Shown here: positions 9,476 to 19,648 of the stretch, in pieces
Position numbering within the stretch: position 1 is the stretch's first letter
How the letters are laid out: every line of letters begins with the position of its first letter
NCBI GenBank assembly: GCA_963700635.1
Contig: CAVOYH010000003.1
Location: 928,001-992,000 of the forward strand
From: an uncultured Bacteroidota bacterium
Lineage (GTDB): Bacteria > Bacteroidota > Ignavibacteria > UBA10030 > UBA6906
Direction of reading: 5' to 3'
DNA length: 64,000 nt
The notes under the pieces: generated by a model
What the model saw: only the letters and a program-made list of their open reading frames with translations
What the model was told of the DNA's origin: nothing
Database searches by the model: none
Translations under genes and position numbers: made by a program

Positions 9476-10087
9476 ATGCTGACACTTCCCACAGGTACGT
9501 ACGACATTGAAGAGATTAAACGCGAGAAAGCACTCATTCCGCGGCTGGAGGCGGGAGAGACGGTAATCGGAACGCGGCCGGATGTCACCGAGGCCCGCGT
9601 CTACCGTTTGCGGAGCGGGTTTGTTAACAATAGTGTGTTCATCACGCTGGGGTACATCCGCGAGGACGGTAAGAACCGTCCGATTGAAATCTTCATTAAC
9701 AGCAAGGACCTCACCAGAGCTGCGGAATATGCCGTCCTCACGCGGCTGATTTCGGCGATATTCCGAAAATCAACCGACCCGACATTTATTCTTGAGGAAC
9801 TCCGGGGGATCTATGATCCGAACGGCGGTTACTTCAAGGATGGTAAATATATCCATTCCTTCTACGCGGAAATCGCAAAGGTCATCGAACAGTTTTTCGA
9901 AGACATCGGAGTCACCCCTATAAAGGGCGGAGCGCAGCCGGTGAACGTGATTGTCTCCCAGGTGCCGGACGACGGCCTCAGTGCCTTGAAAATCTGTCCG
10001 AAGTGCGGCGACCGGTCGGTAAAAATCGAAAACGGCTGTCTGGCCTGTGTCAACGCAGAGTGCGGGTACAGTAAGTGTGATGATTAA
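9476..10087 (+). CDS. NrdJb-like protein: TSCPD-type domain plus C-terminal Cys-rich zinc ribbon
   Basis: RPIEIFINSKD...LTRLISAIFR..ELRGI motif and CPKC...ENGCLACVNAECGYSKC tail, normally the C-terminus of NrdJ. Confidence 0.85.
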   Translation: MLTLPTGTYDIEEIKREKALIPRLEAGETVIGTRPDVTEARVYRLRSGFVNNSVFITLGYIREDGKNRPIEIFINSKDLTRAAEYAVLTRLISAIFRKSTDPTFILEELRGIYDPNGGYFKDGKYIHSFYAEIAKVIEQFFEDIGVTPIKGGAQPVNVIVSQVPDDGLSALKICPKCGDRSVKIENGCLACVNAECGYSKCDD

Positions 10088-10198
10088 CCGGAGAGAGTGT
10101 GCGGCCCCGCCTTCGCGTTGACTTCATCTCTGAATCCTCGTATCATACATACAGCAACGGAACCTCTTTCCTTCGCGATTGTTGCTCTATGGCACAGA

Positions 10199-11227
10199 AT
10201 GAATTCCCCAATCCTTACCATATCGCTGTTCTTCCTGCTTATCGCCGTGCTGGCGTTGCTTGTCTGGCCCGGAAAAGGACTGGTTTCGCGCCTGCGCGTT
10301 GCGCGTAAGGAGAAATCCCGGTCGGTCCTTGAAGACGTGCTCAAACACGCATACGACTGCCAGTACCGATCTGTCGCTTGCACGGTCGAAAGTATTGCTG
10401 GTGTACTCCAGACGTCCATCGGAAATGCGACCCATCATGCAACACGCCTGGAGTCGATGGGATTGCTGGAGCACCACGGTCCCGCCCTGCGGCTCACCGC
10501 CGATGGCACATCGTATGCGCTTCGTGTTATCCGCATACACCGGCTCTGGGAGCGGTATCTCGCGGATGAGACCAGTGTTCGTGAAGCCGACTGGCACCGT
10601 GAGGCCGAGCGGCAGGAGCATCGACTCTCACCTGCAGATGCGGATGCGCTTGCTGCCCGGCTTTCGAACCCGCAGCTCGATCCTCACGGTGATCCAATCC
10701 CGTCCGCGACCGGCGAACTTCCTTCAATCCCGGGCGAACCTCTGTCAGTCCTTCCTGAAGGAGAATTCGGGCGCATCGTACACATTGAAGATGAGCCGCC
10801 GGAAATCTACGCCCAGCTTGCAGCGTTGGGTCTGCACCCCGGCATGCAGTTGCAGATGATCCAGAACAAACCACAACATGTGCGCTTCGAAGCGCAGGGT
10901 GAGGAGATGCTGCTGGCATCCCCCCTCGCCCGTCATGTCACCGTCGTGCTGCTTCCCGAAGAACGCCGGAATCGGGGCCCGTTCAAGACACTCACATCTA
11001 TTCAAACCGGACAGACCGCGGTCGTCACCGCCATTTCACGGGCCTGCCGCGGGCAACAACGGCGCCGGATTATGGATCTTGGCATCGTGCCCGGGACACA
11101 TATTTCGGCGGAACTGGACAGTCTGACCGGGAACCCACGAGCGTATCAGGTGCGCGGAACGCTTGTGGCCCTCCGGGAGGAACAGGCCGATCACATTTTT
11201 ATTGAACCGGTTGCAGGTCACGCATGA
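10199..11227 (+). CDS. DtxR/MntR-family metalloregulator with N-terminal TM helix and two FeoA domains
   Basis: [33 protein letters not shown]; FeoA-like LAALGLHPG and [11 protein letters not shown]...ALREEQA. Confidence 0.85.
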   Translation: MNSPILTISLFFLLIAVLALLVWPGKGLVSRLRVARKEKSRSVLEDVLKHAYDCQYRSVACTVESIAGVLQTSIGNATHHATRLESMGLLEHHGPALRLTADGTSYALRVIRIHRLWERYLADETSVREADWHREAERQEHRLSPADADALAARLSNPQLDPHGDPIPSATGELPSIPGEPLSVLPEGEFGRIVHIEDEPPEIYAQLAALGLHPGMQLQMIQNKPQHVRFEAQGEEMLLASPLARHVTVVLLPEERRNRGPFKTLTSIQTGQTAVVTAISRACRGQQRRRIMDLGIVPGTHISAELDSLTGNPRAYQVRGTLVALREEQADHIFIEPVAGHA

Positions 11228-12051
11228 GCGACGTACCAAACGATGCCTGCGCGACATGCCCTGCGTTTAACGCCGGTCATCTCACCCGGCTGGGTATCAA
11301 CCTCGCCAACGTTGACTTTGTCATTGCTCTGGCCGGCAATCCGAATACCGGAAAGAGCACGGTGTTTAATGCCCTGACCGGACTGCGACAGCATACGGGT
11401 AACTGGCCGGGGAAGACCGTTGCACGGGCGGAAGGAGGATTCGCGTACAGAGAGAAACGATTCAAGATTGTGGATCTCCCCGGTACGTATTCGCTCCTGT
11501 CGACCAGCGCTGACGAGGAAGTAGCCCGTGATTTTATTCTCTTCGGCAAACCCGATGTCACCGTGATTATCGCGGACGCGACGCGTCTGGAGCGAAACCT
11601 CAATCTCGTCCTTCAAGTGCTCGAGATTACAGATAAAGCCGTATTGTGCGTGAATCTTATCGATGAAGCACGGCGACATAACCTGAATGTTGATGACCGC
11701 GCCCTTGCACGTGAACTGGGCATCCCTGTGGTGCTTACCGCGGCACGGCAACGCGAAGGGATTGATCTCCTTCTGAAGCAGATATTCGATGTTGCCACCG
11801 GTGCGTTTGTGTGCAAACCTCACCGGGTGCAGACAATACCACCGGCAGTCGCCAGGGCGGTAGAACGAATCACCGAGCGTGTGACCGGACTCTTTCCGGG
11901 TCTGCCCAATGCCCGTTGGGTCGCGTTACGGCTGTTGGAAGGCGACCAGCGTATGATTGATGCTGTACAGAGCGGCGAGCTGAACACACTGGTCGACGGG
12001 GCACAGGGGGTGGCGCCACGCGATCACGCGGAAGTCGATGCTGCATCCTGA
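11224..12051 (+). CDS. feoB: FeoB N-terminal GTPase domain protein
   Basis: G1 GNPNTGKS, G2 TGNWPGKT, G3 DLPGTYSL, G4 NLID. Confidence 0.92.
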   Translation: MSDVPNDACATCPAFNAGHLTRLGINLANVDFVIALAGNPNTGKSTVFNALTGLRQHTGNWPGKTVARAEGGFAYREKRFKIVDLPGTYSLLSTSADEEVARDFILFGKPDVTVIIADATRLERNLNLVLQVLEITDKAVLCVNLIDEARRHNLNVDDRALARELGIPVVLTAARQREGIDLLLKQIFDVATGAFVCKPHRVQTIPPAVARAVERITERVTGLFPGLPNARWVALRLLEGDQRMIDAVQSGELNTLVDGAQGVAPRDHAEVDAAS

Positions 12052-12114
12052 GTCGTCGGATGTATTCTTGACGTTTCGCGCATCGGTACGCTCTGCAATT
12101 CATCATTGAATACG

Positions 12115-13551
12115 ATGACACAACCCACACAAGAATCGAGCCAGTCTCTCCTCGCCGAAGCCAACGCGCTGCGCTGGGAGATGGGGGAAGAATATCACGA
12201 CTCCCTCATGGAAGGCATCTACGAAGATGCCGCCCGCATAGCGGATCACTCCGTGACACGGGATGGCGAGAAAAAACGGCTCGACTACGACCGCACGATT
12301 GATCATCTCGTTACGAGCAAGTGGACCGGTTTCCCGTTCATGTTCCTCCTGCTGGCTATTGTCTTCTGGCTCACGGTTGAGGGAGCGAATGTCCCGTCAG
12401 CGTTACTTGCAGACTTTTTTCTGGACACACTTCATCCCCTCCTTAAATCAGCGCTGGAAGCTGTTGGTTCGCCCTGGTGGCTCACGGGGGTGTTGATTGA
12501 TGGCGCCTATCTGGCCGGAGCATGGGTCGTCAGCGTAATGCTTCCCCCCATGGCGATCTTCTTCCCGGTCTTTACCCTGCTCGAAGATTTTGGCTATCTG
12601 CCGCGCGTTGCGTTTAATATGGATGCGCTCTATCGCCGGGCGGGCGCGCACGGGCGGCAGGCCTTGACGATGACGATGGGATTCGGTTGTAACGCCGCCG
12701 GTGTTGTGGCCACACGGATAATCGACAGTCCGCGCGAGCGGCTGATCGCCATCATTACCAACAACTTCTCGTTGTGTAACGGAAGATGGCCGACCCAGAT
12801 CCTCATTGCTTCGATTTTTATCAGCGCCCTTGTGCCTCCCCATCTTGCCGGCATCGTTGCCGCGGGCGGAGTGGTTTTTGTCGCGGTGCTTGGGGTTGTG
12901 CTGAGTCTGGTGGTGTCGTGGTTCCTTTCCCGATCTGTGCTGCGGGGCGAAGCATCTGCCTTCAGTCTGGAGCTTCCGCCGTATCGTCCGCCCCGTCTTT
13001 TGCAGACACTGTACACATCGTTAATAGATCGTACAATCTTTGTGCTCTGGCGTGCGGTGGTGTTTGCCGTCCCCGCCGGTATGGTGATCTGGATTGTCGG
13101 GAATGTGACAATCGGTGACGTGACGGTTGCCGAACATTTTATTCGCTGGTCCAATCCGTTCGGCCTGCTGCTCGGGCTCAATGGCGTCATTCTTCTCGCG
13201 TACATTATTGCCATCCCCGCGAATGAAATTGTGATTCCGACCGTGTTGATGCTTACCGTGCTCACGTCGGCCATACCCGGTATCGGGGCCGGTGCGGGGG
13301 TGATGTTTGAGACTGATTCCGCCATTGCGGCGGCCGAGATTCTGCGGGCAGGGGGATGGACGACGTTGACCGGAATATCTCTGATGATCTTCAGTCTGCT
13401 TCACAATCCCTGCTCCACCACTATTTTTACGATCTACAAAGAAACAGGGAGTATAAAGTGGACGGTTCTTGCGACCCTGCTGCCGCTGGTGATGGGATTT
13501 GTCGCATGCTTCCTCCTGGCGCAGGGCTGGAGGGTGTTTTCCGGTGGTTAA
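12115..13551 (+). CDS. feoB: FeoB membrane (gate) domain protein
   Basis: LEDFGYLPRVAF, MGFGCNA, LELPPYRPP, NPCSTT; multiple TM segments. Confidence 0.92.
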   Translation: MTQPTQESSQSLLAEANALRWEMGEEYHDSLMEGIYEDAARIADHSVTRDGEKKRLDYDRTIDHLVTSKWTGFPFMFLLLAIVFWLTVEGANVPSALLADFFLDTLHPLLKSALEAVGSPWWLTGVLIDGAYLAGAWVVSVMLPPMAIFFPVFTLLEDFGYLPRVAFNMDALYRRAGAHGRQALTMTMGFGCNAAGVVATRIIDSPRERLIAIITNNFSLCNGRWPTQILIASIFISALVPPHLAGIVAAGGVVFVAVLGVVLSLVVSWFLSRSVLRGEASAFSLELPPYRPPRLLQTLYTSLIDRTIFVLWRAVVFAVPAGMVIWIVGNVTIGDVTVAEHFIRWSNPFGLLLGLNGVILLAYIIAIPANEIVIPTVLMLTVLTSAIPGIGAGAGVMFETDSAIAAAEILRAGGWTTLTGISLMIFSLLHNPCSTTIFTIYKETGSIKWTVLATLLPLVMGFVACFLLAQGWRVFSGG

Positions 13552-13774
13552 TCATCGGGCATAACCGTGCTCAGGGTAACCCTCCGCGCCACCCGCTGAT
13601 TTTCCCACTTTTTCCCTTTTCATTCTCAAATATTGGAATTTTAGGGCTTCTTGGCCCCCACTTTTGCGGAATTGGGCGTTTATTCTGGCATGCTATTGGC
13701 AGGGTTGCTATGGACTGCTCCTCTTAGAACATCCGGCATCTTTTTTTTCACCTCGAAACTGTCAAGGAATAACG

Positions 13775-16700
13775 ATGAAACGAGAAAAAGTCACGATTGA
13801 CGGCAATGAAGCGGCAGCATATGTAGCCCACAAGCTGAACGAGGTTATTGCCATCTATCCCATCACGCCATCCTCCAACATGGGCGAATGGGCGGATGAA
13901 TGGTCATCCATGGGACGCCAGAATCTGTGGGGGACGGTTCCTTCCGTTACGGAAATGCAAAGTGAAGGTGGAGCGGCTGGCGCGGTGCATGGTGCGCTCC
14001 AGACCGGAGCCCTTTCAACGACATTTACGGCATCACAGGGACTTCTCCTGATGATACCGAACATGTTCAAAATCGCAGGCGAACTCACTTCTACAGTGTT
14101 CCATGTTTCCGCCCGTTCGGTGGCCGCAAACGCGCTATCCATCTTCGGTGACCACAGCGATGTGATGGCCACCCGTACCACCGGGTTCGGGTTGCTGGCA
14201 TCGAACAGCATCCAGGAAATCATGGACTTTGCGCTTATCGCTCAGGCTGCCACACTCGAATCGCGTGTTCCCTTTATTCACTTCTTTGATGGTTTCCGTA
14301 GTTCACACGAGGTACAGAAAATTGAACAGCTGGCCGATGAAGACATGCGCGCGCTGGTGAACGACGACCTGGTGATTGCACACCGGCAACGGGGTCTCTC
14401 GCCTGACCACCCGGTCATGCGCGGGACGGCACAGAATCCCGATGTCTTTTTCCAGGGGCGTGAAACATGTAATCCGTATTACCTTGCCTGTCCGGACATT
14501 GTCCAGAAGGTGATGGACAAGTTTGCGAAGGTGGTTGGACGGGGATACAAGCTCTTTGAGTATGCGGGATCGCCGACGGCGGACCGGGTGATGGTGATCA
14601 TGGGGTCCGGCGCCGAAACCGCACAGGAAACAATCGACTTTCTGAACAAGGACGGTGCAAACCTGGGCCTCCTGAAAGTCCGTCTCTATCGCCCCTTCTC
14701 GGTTAAACATTTCCTCGCTGCCCTGCCGCCGAGCGTCAAGCACATCGCCGTGCTCGACCGGACAAAAGAGCCCGGCGCACTTGGCGAGCCGATGTATCTC
14801 GACATCATCGGTGCGTTGAATGAGGGGCTGATGGATGGTACTGCACCGGTAAAAACCATGCCCCGCGTGATTGGCGGACGTTACGGCCTTTCGTCAAAGG
14901 AATTCACCCCGGCCATGGTGAAGGGCGTGTTCGAAGAGCTTGCAAAACCAAAGCCCAAAAATCACTTTACGGTCGGCATCGTTGATGATGTCACACACAC
15001 CAGCCTGGACTATGATCCGTCGTTCTCCACGGAAGCTGACGACGTATTCCGGGGCCTGTTTTACGGTCTCGGCGCTGATGGTACGGTTGGCGCAAACAAG
15101 AACTCCATCAAGATCATCGGCGAAGACACGGAGTTCTATGCGCAGGGATATTTTGTATACGACTCCAAGAAGTCAGGCTCGACGACGACGTCCCATCTGC
15201 GCTTTGGCCCGCGTCCGATCCGTTCGACTTACCTTATCAGCACGGCAAAATTTGTCGCATGCCATCAGTGGTTCTTCCTGGAGAAATTTGATGTCCTGAA
15301 GACCGCGCTTCCCGGCAGCACATTCCTCCTGAACAGCATGTATGGTCCCACAGAAGTATGGGAGCATCTGCCAAAACACGTTCAGGAGCAGCTGATTCGC
15401 AAGAAGATCAAGTTCTTTGTGATAGATGCGTATAAAGTCGCCACAGAGACGGGAATGGGCGGCCGCGTGAACACCATCATGCAGACCTGTTTCTTTGCGA
15501 TTTCGGGCGTGTTAGCGCGTGACGCGGCCATTGAGGCGATCAAGAATTCGATCAAAAAGACCTACGGACGTAAAGGGGATGAGATCGTCAAACAGAACTT
15601 CGATGCGGTGGATCAGACCATAGCAAATCTGCATGAAGTCAAGGTTCCGGCAAAGGTCACCAGCACCATTGCCATGCCGCCGGTGGTATCGGAGACGGCT
15701 CCGGATTTTGTCAGGAACGTGACCGCGCAGATCATTGCCGGTTTAGGGGACAGTCTCCCGGTCAGCGCGATGCCGGTGGATGGAACATTTCCGACCGGAA
15801 CAACACAGTGGGAAAAACGGAATATAGCGCTTGAGATCCCGGTCTGGGACACGGTGACCTGTATCCAGTGCAACAAGTGCGCGATGGTGTGTCCTCATGC
15901 CGCCATCCGCACAAAGGTATACGATCCGAAGGATCTTGTCGGTGCGCCGGCGACATTCAAATCCGCGGACTACCGCGGTCCCGAATACAAGGGGATGAAA
16001 TACACGGTCCAGGTGGCGCCCGAGGATTGTACGGGCTGCGAGTTGTGCGTGGATGTGTGTCCGGCGAAGAACAAATCTGAAGTGCGGTTTAAAGCCATCA
16101 ATATGGCACCGCAGCCACCGATCCGCGAGACAGAAAGGTCCAACTATGACTTCTTCCTGAACCTCGGCGAAATCGACCGCCGTCAGGTAAAAATGGATTC
16201 GGTGAAGGGATCACAGTTCCTCGAGCCGTTATTCGAGTATTCCGGTGCATGCTCGGGTTGCGGCGAGACCCCGTATGTAAAACTGGTAAGCCAGCTGTTT
16301 GGTGATCGCACGCTTGTTGCAAACGCGACAGGATGTTCATCGATTTATGGCGGCAACCTTCCCACGACGCCGTGGGCGAAGAACAAGGATGGCCGCGGTC
16401 CTGCCTGGTCAAACTCTCTGTTCGAAGACAATGCCGAATTCGGCATGGGCATGCGGCTGACGATTGACAAGCATACCGAAATGGCCCTCGAACTGGTGCA
16501 ATTACTCGCATCCCAGATCGGTGACGACCTGGCATCGGCCCTGATCCATGCACATCAGGCCGATGAAGCGGGGATTCACGAACAGCGCCAGCGTGTTGCG
16601 GCGCTCAAAAAGAAACTCGCCACCATCTCATCGCCGGAAGCGCGGAACCTCCTTTCTCTCGCAGATAATCTTGTGAAAAGGAGCGTCTGGATCATGGGAG

Positions 16701-17353
16701 GTGATGGGTGGGCCTACGACATCGGCTTCGGCGGATTGGATCACGTGCTCGCCTCGGGCCGCAATGTGAATATTCTTGTGCTCGACACGGAAGTCTACTC
16801 CAACACCGGCGGACAGATGTCAAAATCCACGCCGAGGTCTGCAGTTGCGAAGTTTGCTGCAGGCGGAAAGCCCCTTGCCAAAAAAGACCTCGGCCGCATC
16901 GCGATGACCTATGGTGGCGTATACGTGGCCCAGGTGGCGATGGGACAAAACGATCTGCAAACGATCCGGGCATTTCTTGAAGCCGATGCACACGACGGAC
17001 CGTCGCTCATTCTGGCGTACAGCCATTGTATTGCACACGGTATCGACATGGGAAGGGGGATGGTAAACCAGAAAGCGGCGGTGGAAAGCGGTCACTGGCC
17101 GCTCTATCGGTTTAACCCGCTCCTGGCAAGCGAAGGGAAGAATCCCCTGAAGCTCGACTCGAAGCCGCCGAAGATCCGTTTCGAAGATTACGCATACCTT
17201 GAAACCCGGTATAAGATGCTCACCAAGAGCAAGCCGGAAGAGGCGAAAAGGCTTATGGCGCTGGCCGAAGAAGATGTCAAGACCCGCTGGAAGTGGTTTG
17301 AACAGGCGGCAAAGGAATGGGAAAGCAACACCCCCAAACCCGGGTCTAACTAA
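13775..17353 (+). CDS. nifJ: Pyruvate:ferredoxin/flavodoxin oxidoreductase
   Basis: [16 protein letters not shown], two ferredoxin motifs ([24 protein letters not shown]), [18 protein letters not shown]. Confidence 0.97.
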   Translation: MKREKVTIDGNEAAAYVAHKLNEVIAIYPITPSSNMGEWADEWSSMGRQNLWGTVPSVTEMQSEGGAAGAVHGALQTGALSTTFTASQGLLLMIPNMFKIAGELTSTVFHVSARSVAANALSIFGDHSDVMATRTTGFGLLASNSIQEIMDFALIAQAATLESRVPFIHFFDGFRSSHEVQKIEQLADEDMRALVNDDLVIAHRQRGLSPDHPVMRGTAQNPDVFFQGRETCNPYYLACPDIVQKVMDKFAKVVGRGYKLFEYAGSPTADRVMVIMGSGAETAQETIDFLNKDGANLGLLKVRLYRPFSVKHFLAALPPSVKHIAVLDRTKEPGALGEPMYLDIIGALNEGLMDGTAPVKTMPRVIGGRYGLSSKEFTPAMVKGVFEELAKPKPKNHFTVGIVDDVTHTSLDYDPSFSTEADDVFRGLFYGLGADGTVGANKNSIKIIGEDTEFYAQGYFVYDSKKSGSTTTSHLRFGPRPIRSTYLISTAKFVACHQWFFLEKFDVLKTALPGSTFLLNSMYGPTEVWEHLPKHVQEQLIRKKIKFFVIDAYKVATETGMGGRVNTIMQTCFFAISGVLARDAAIEAIKNSIKKTYGRKGDEIVKQNFDAVDQTIANLHEVKVPAKVTSTIAMPPVVSETAPDFVRNVTAQIIAGLGDSLPVSAMPVDGTFPTGTTQWEKRNIALEIPVWDTVTCIQCNKCAMVCPHAAIRTKVYDPKDLVGAPATFKSADYRGPEYKGMKYTVQVAPEDCTGCELCVDVCPAKNKSEVRFKAINMAPQPPIRETERSNYDFFLNLGEIDRRQVKMDSVKGSQFLEPLFEYSGACSGCGETPYVKLVSQLFGDRTLVANATGCSSIYGGNLPTTPWAKNKDGRGPAWSNSLFEDNAEFGMGMRLTIDKHTEMALELVQLLASQIGDDLASALIHAHQADEAGIHEQRQRVAALKKKLATISSPEARNLLSLADNLVKRSVWIMGGDGWAYDIGFGGLDHVLASGRNVNILVLDTEVYSNTGGQMSKSTPRSAVAKFAAGGKPLAKKDLGRIAMTYGGVYVAQVAMGQNDLQTIRAFLEADAHDGPSLILAYSHCIAHGIDMGRGMVNQKAAVESGHWPLYRFNPLLASEGKNPLKLDSKPPKIRFEDYAYLETRYKMLTKSKPEEAKRLMALAEEDVKTRWKWFEQAAKEWESNTPKPGSN

Positions 17354-17391
17354 GACTACGCACATCGAACACCCTGACAGGAATAGAGAAT

Positions 17392-18381
17392 ATGGACCTC
17401 TCAACAACGTACCTCGGTCTGCAGCTGAAAAATCCTCTCGTGCCGTCAGCGAGCCCGCTGTCGCGTACACTGGATGATATTAAACGAATGGAAGACGCAG
17501 GCGCCGCGGCCATCGTGATGTACTCACTGTTTGAAGAACAGATTCATCATGAAGCAGCAGAACTCGACCACTATCTATCGTACGGCACTCAGAGTTTTGC
17601 CGAGGCGCTTTCGTACTTTCCCGAAACGACCGAATTTAACCTCGGGCCGGATGAGTACATCGACCATATCCGAAAATCAAAAGAAGCCGTGGACATTCCG
17701 ATCATCGGGAGTCTGAACGGAATATCCACAGGCGGATGGATTAACTACGCCAGGAAAATACAGGATGCCGGCGCGGATGCGCTTGAGCTGAATGTCTACT
17801 ATATCCCGACTGATCCCAAGCTCACCGCAGAAGCCGTCGAACAACGTTACATCGATGTGCTGAAGGCTGTAAAATCGACGGTGACAATACCCGTGGCGAT
17901 GAAACTCAGCCCGTTCTTCAGTTCCATGGCCAATATTGCAACGAAGCTTGACGCAGCAGGGGTGAACGGACTGGTTCTGTTTAATAGATTCTACCAGCCC
18001 GATCTGGACATCGAGGCGCTTGAGGTGGTGCCGAATGTAACCCTGAGCACATCCCAGGCAATCCGGATTCCCCTGCGCTGGATCGCCGTGCTCTTCGGAA
18101 AGATCAAGGCAAGTCTCGCCGCAACGAGCGGCGTGCATAGCGCCCAGGACGTCGTGAAGCTGCTGATGGCCGGAGCGGATGTCACGCAAATGTGTTCGGC
18201 TTTGCTTCTGCACGGCCCGGGCCGGATCGCGGAAATTCTGGACGAACTCGACCGCTGGTTGATCGAACACGAGTATGAGTCGGTAAAACAGATGCGCGGC
18301 AGCATGAGTCAGAAATCTGTCGCCGACCCGTCAGCATTCGAACGGGCCAACTATATGAAGGCATTAAACCGCTACAAATAA
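17392..18381 (+). CDS. Dihydroorotate dehydrogenase-like flavoprotein (NifJ-associated)
   Basis: [51 protein letters not shown]. Confidence 0.85.
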   Translation: MDLSTTYLGLQLKNPLVPSASPLSRTLDDIKRMEDAGAAAIVMYSLFEEQIHHEAAELDHYLSYGTQSFAEALSYFPETTEFNLGPDEYIDHIRKSKEAVDIPIIGSLNGISTGGWINYARKIQDAGADALELNVYYIPTDPKLTAEAVEQRYIDVLKAVKSTVTIPVAMKLSPFFSSMANIATKLDAAGVNGLVLFNRFYQPDLDIEALEVVPNVTLSTSQAIRIPLRWIAVLFGKIKASLAATSGVHSAQDVVKLLMAGADVTQMCSALLLHGPGRIAEILDELDRWLIEHEYESVKQMRGSMSQKSVADPSAFERANYMKALNRYK

Positions 18382-18461
18382 CGCAAAAGTGTGCAGTATG
18401 TTTCACCGGGCCGCAGGAGAGGGACATCTTTCCTGCGGCTTCAGTTCACACAGGAGGAACT

Positions 18462-19196
18462 ATGCGAACCCACCGGTTGATGCGTGTGATGATCACCGTT
18501 GCCTTTCTCTCCCCCGCGCCGCTCGCGCTGGCACAACACGAACACGGCACACAAAACACCGAGACCAGGGCACAGGTACCTGCGCTGAACAGGTTCCATA
18601 CGCCCATCTACAAGCTCTGGCACACCGCCTGGCCCGAGAAGGATACTGCCATGATGGCCGCCCTTATCCCGGCCATCGAAACGGGTGTGGCGGGCGTCGT
18701 GGAAGCGGAACTGCCGGGAATCCTCCGGGACAAAAAGGCGCTCTGGGAGGAAAACGTGAAACAGCTCCAGGCTGTTACTGCAGAGTACCGGAAGGCCATG
18801 GAGGGATCAGAGACACAACCCAAAATGGATGCTGCGGAGAAGCTGCATATGCAGTACGAACGACTCGTCCGCATTGTGCGTCCGGTGCTGAAAGAAATCG
18901 AAGCATTCCATTCCGTCTTGTACATGTTGTATCATTACTACCTTCCCGAAAAACAGACAGAGAAGATTGCCCGCGCGGCAGTGGATCTGCAGATGTCAAT
19001 GGACTCGCTCAACGCAGCGTCGCTCCCCACCCGTCTGAAGAAAAGAGAAGAAGCGTTCGTTGCCGCACGCGCGAAACTCTCGGCCTCGGTTGCTGAAGTT
19101 CGTGCGGTCATCCCTTCGAATGACGAGAAGAAGATCACACAAGCCATCAACGCCATGCACAGCGACTATCAGGCGTTGGAGAGAGTCTTCGAATGA
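18462..19196 (+). CDS. Secreted helical hypothetical protein with internal duplication
   Basis: Signal peptide (..LALA/QHEH), AGGAGG SD, two similar halves. Confidence 0.75.
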   Translation: MRTHRLMRVMITVAFLSPAPLALAQHEHGTQNTETRAQVPALNRFHTPIYKLWHTAWPEKDTAMMAALIPAIETGVAGVVEAELPGILRDKKALWEENVKQLQAVTAEYRKAMEGSETQPKMDAAEKLHMQYERLVRIVRPVLKEIEAFHSVLYMLYHYYLPEKQTEKIARAAVDLQMSMDSLNAASLPTRLKKREEAFVAARAKLSASVAEVRAVIPSNDEKKITQAINAMHSDYQALERVFE

Positions 19197-19648
19197 CAAG
19201 CCGGGCAGATATTGAAAAGTTTTTTGAGTCCAGGGCCTATGCTGTTATCGGGGTCTCCTCGGACCGGCGGAAATTCGGCAATACGGTCTTCCGCACGATG
19301 AAAGAAAAGGGATTTACGGTTTATCCCGTGCATCCGAAAACAGATATGGTGGAAGGGGAACGGTGTTACCGATCGGTTGCCGACCTCCCTCCGGAGGTCG
19401 TCTCCATTGTCACCGTCGTTCCTCCGCTCGTTACGGAAGGTGTTGTGCGGGAAGGGGTCGCAAAAAGTGTCCGACACTTCTGGATGCAGCCGGGATCGTC
19501 CTCAGCAGCAGCTGTTGCGGCTGCCCGGGAAGCTGGTGCAACAGTGGTCGAAGGCGACTGTATTTTGATGTTCCTCGAGCCCGTGGAATCGATCCATGCG
19601 CTCCATCGGTGGATCAAGAAGATCCTGGGGCGATATCCTGCCGCCTGA
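19193..19648 (+). CDS. CoA-binding protein (YccU-like)
   Basis: AVIGVSSDRRKFG, VYPVHP, WMQPG, GDCILM. Confidence 0.88.
   Translation: MTSRADIEKFFESRAYAVIGVSSDRRKFGNTVFRTMKEKGFTVYPVHPKTDMVEGERCYRSVADLPPEVVSIVTVVPPLVTEGVVREGVAKSVRHFWMQPGSSSAAAVAAAREAGATVVEGDCILMFLEPVESIHALHRWIKKILGRYPAA

Noticed and set aside
19614-19648. 35-bp convergent overlap of the CoA-binding gene and pepF
   Set aside because: Short tail-to-tail overlaps are common and imply no special function.
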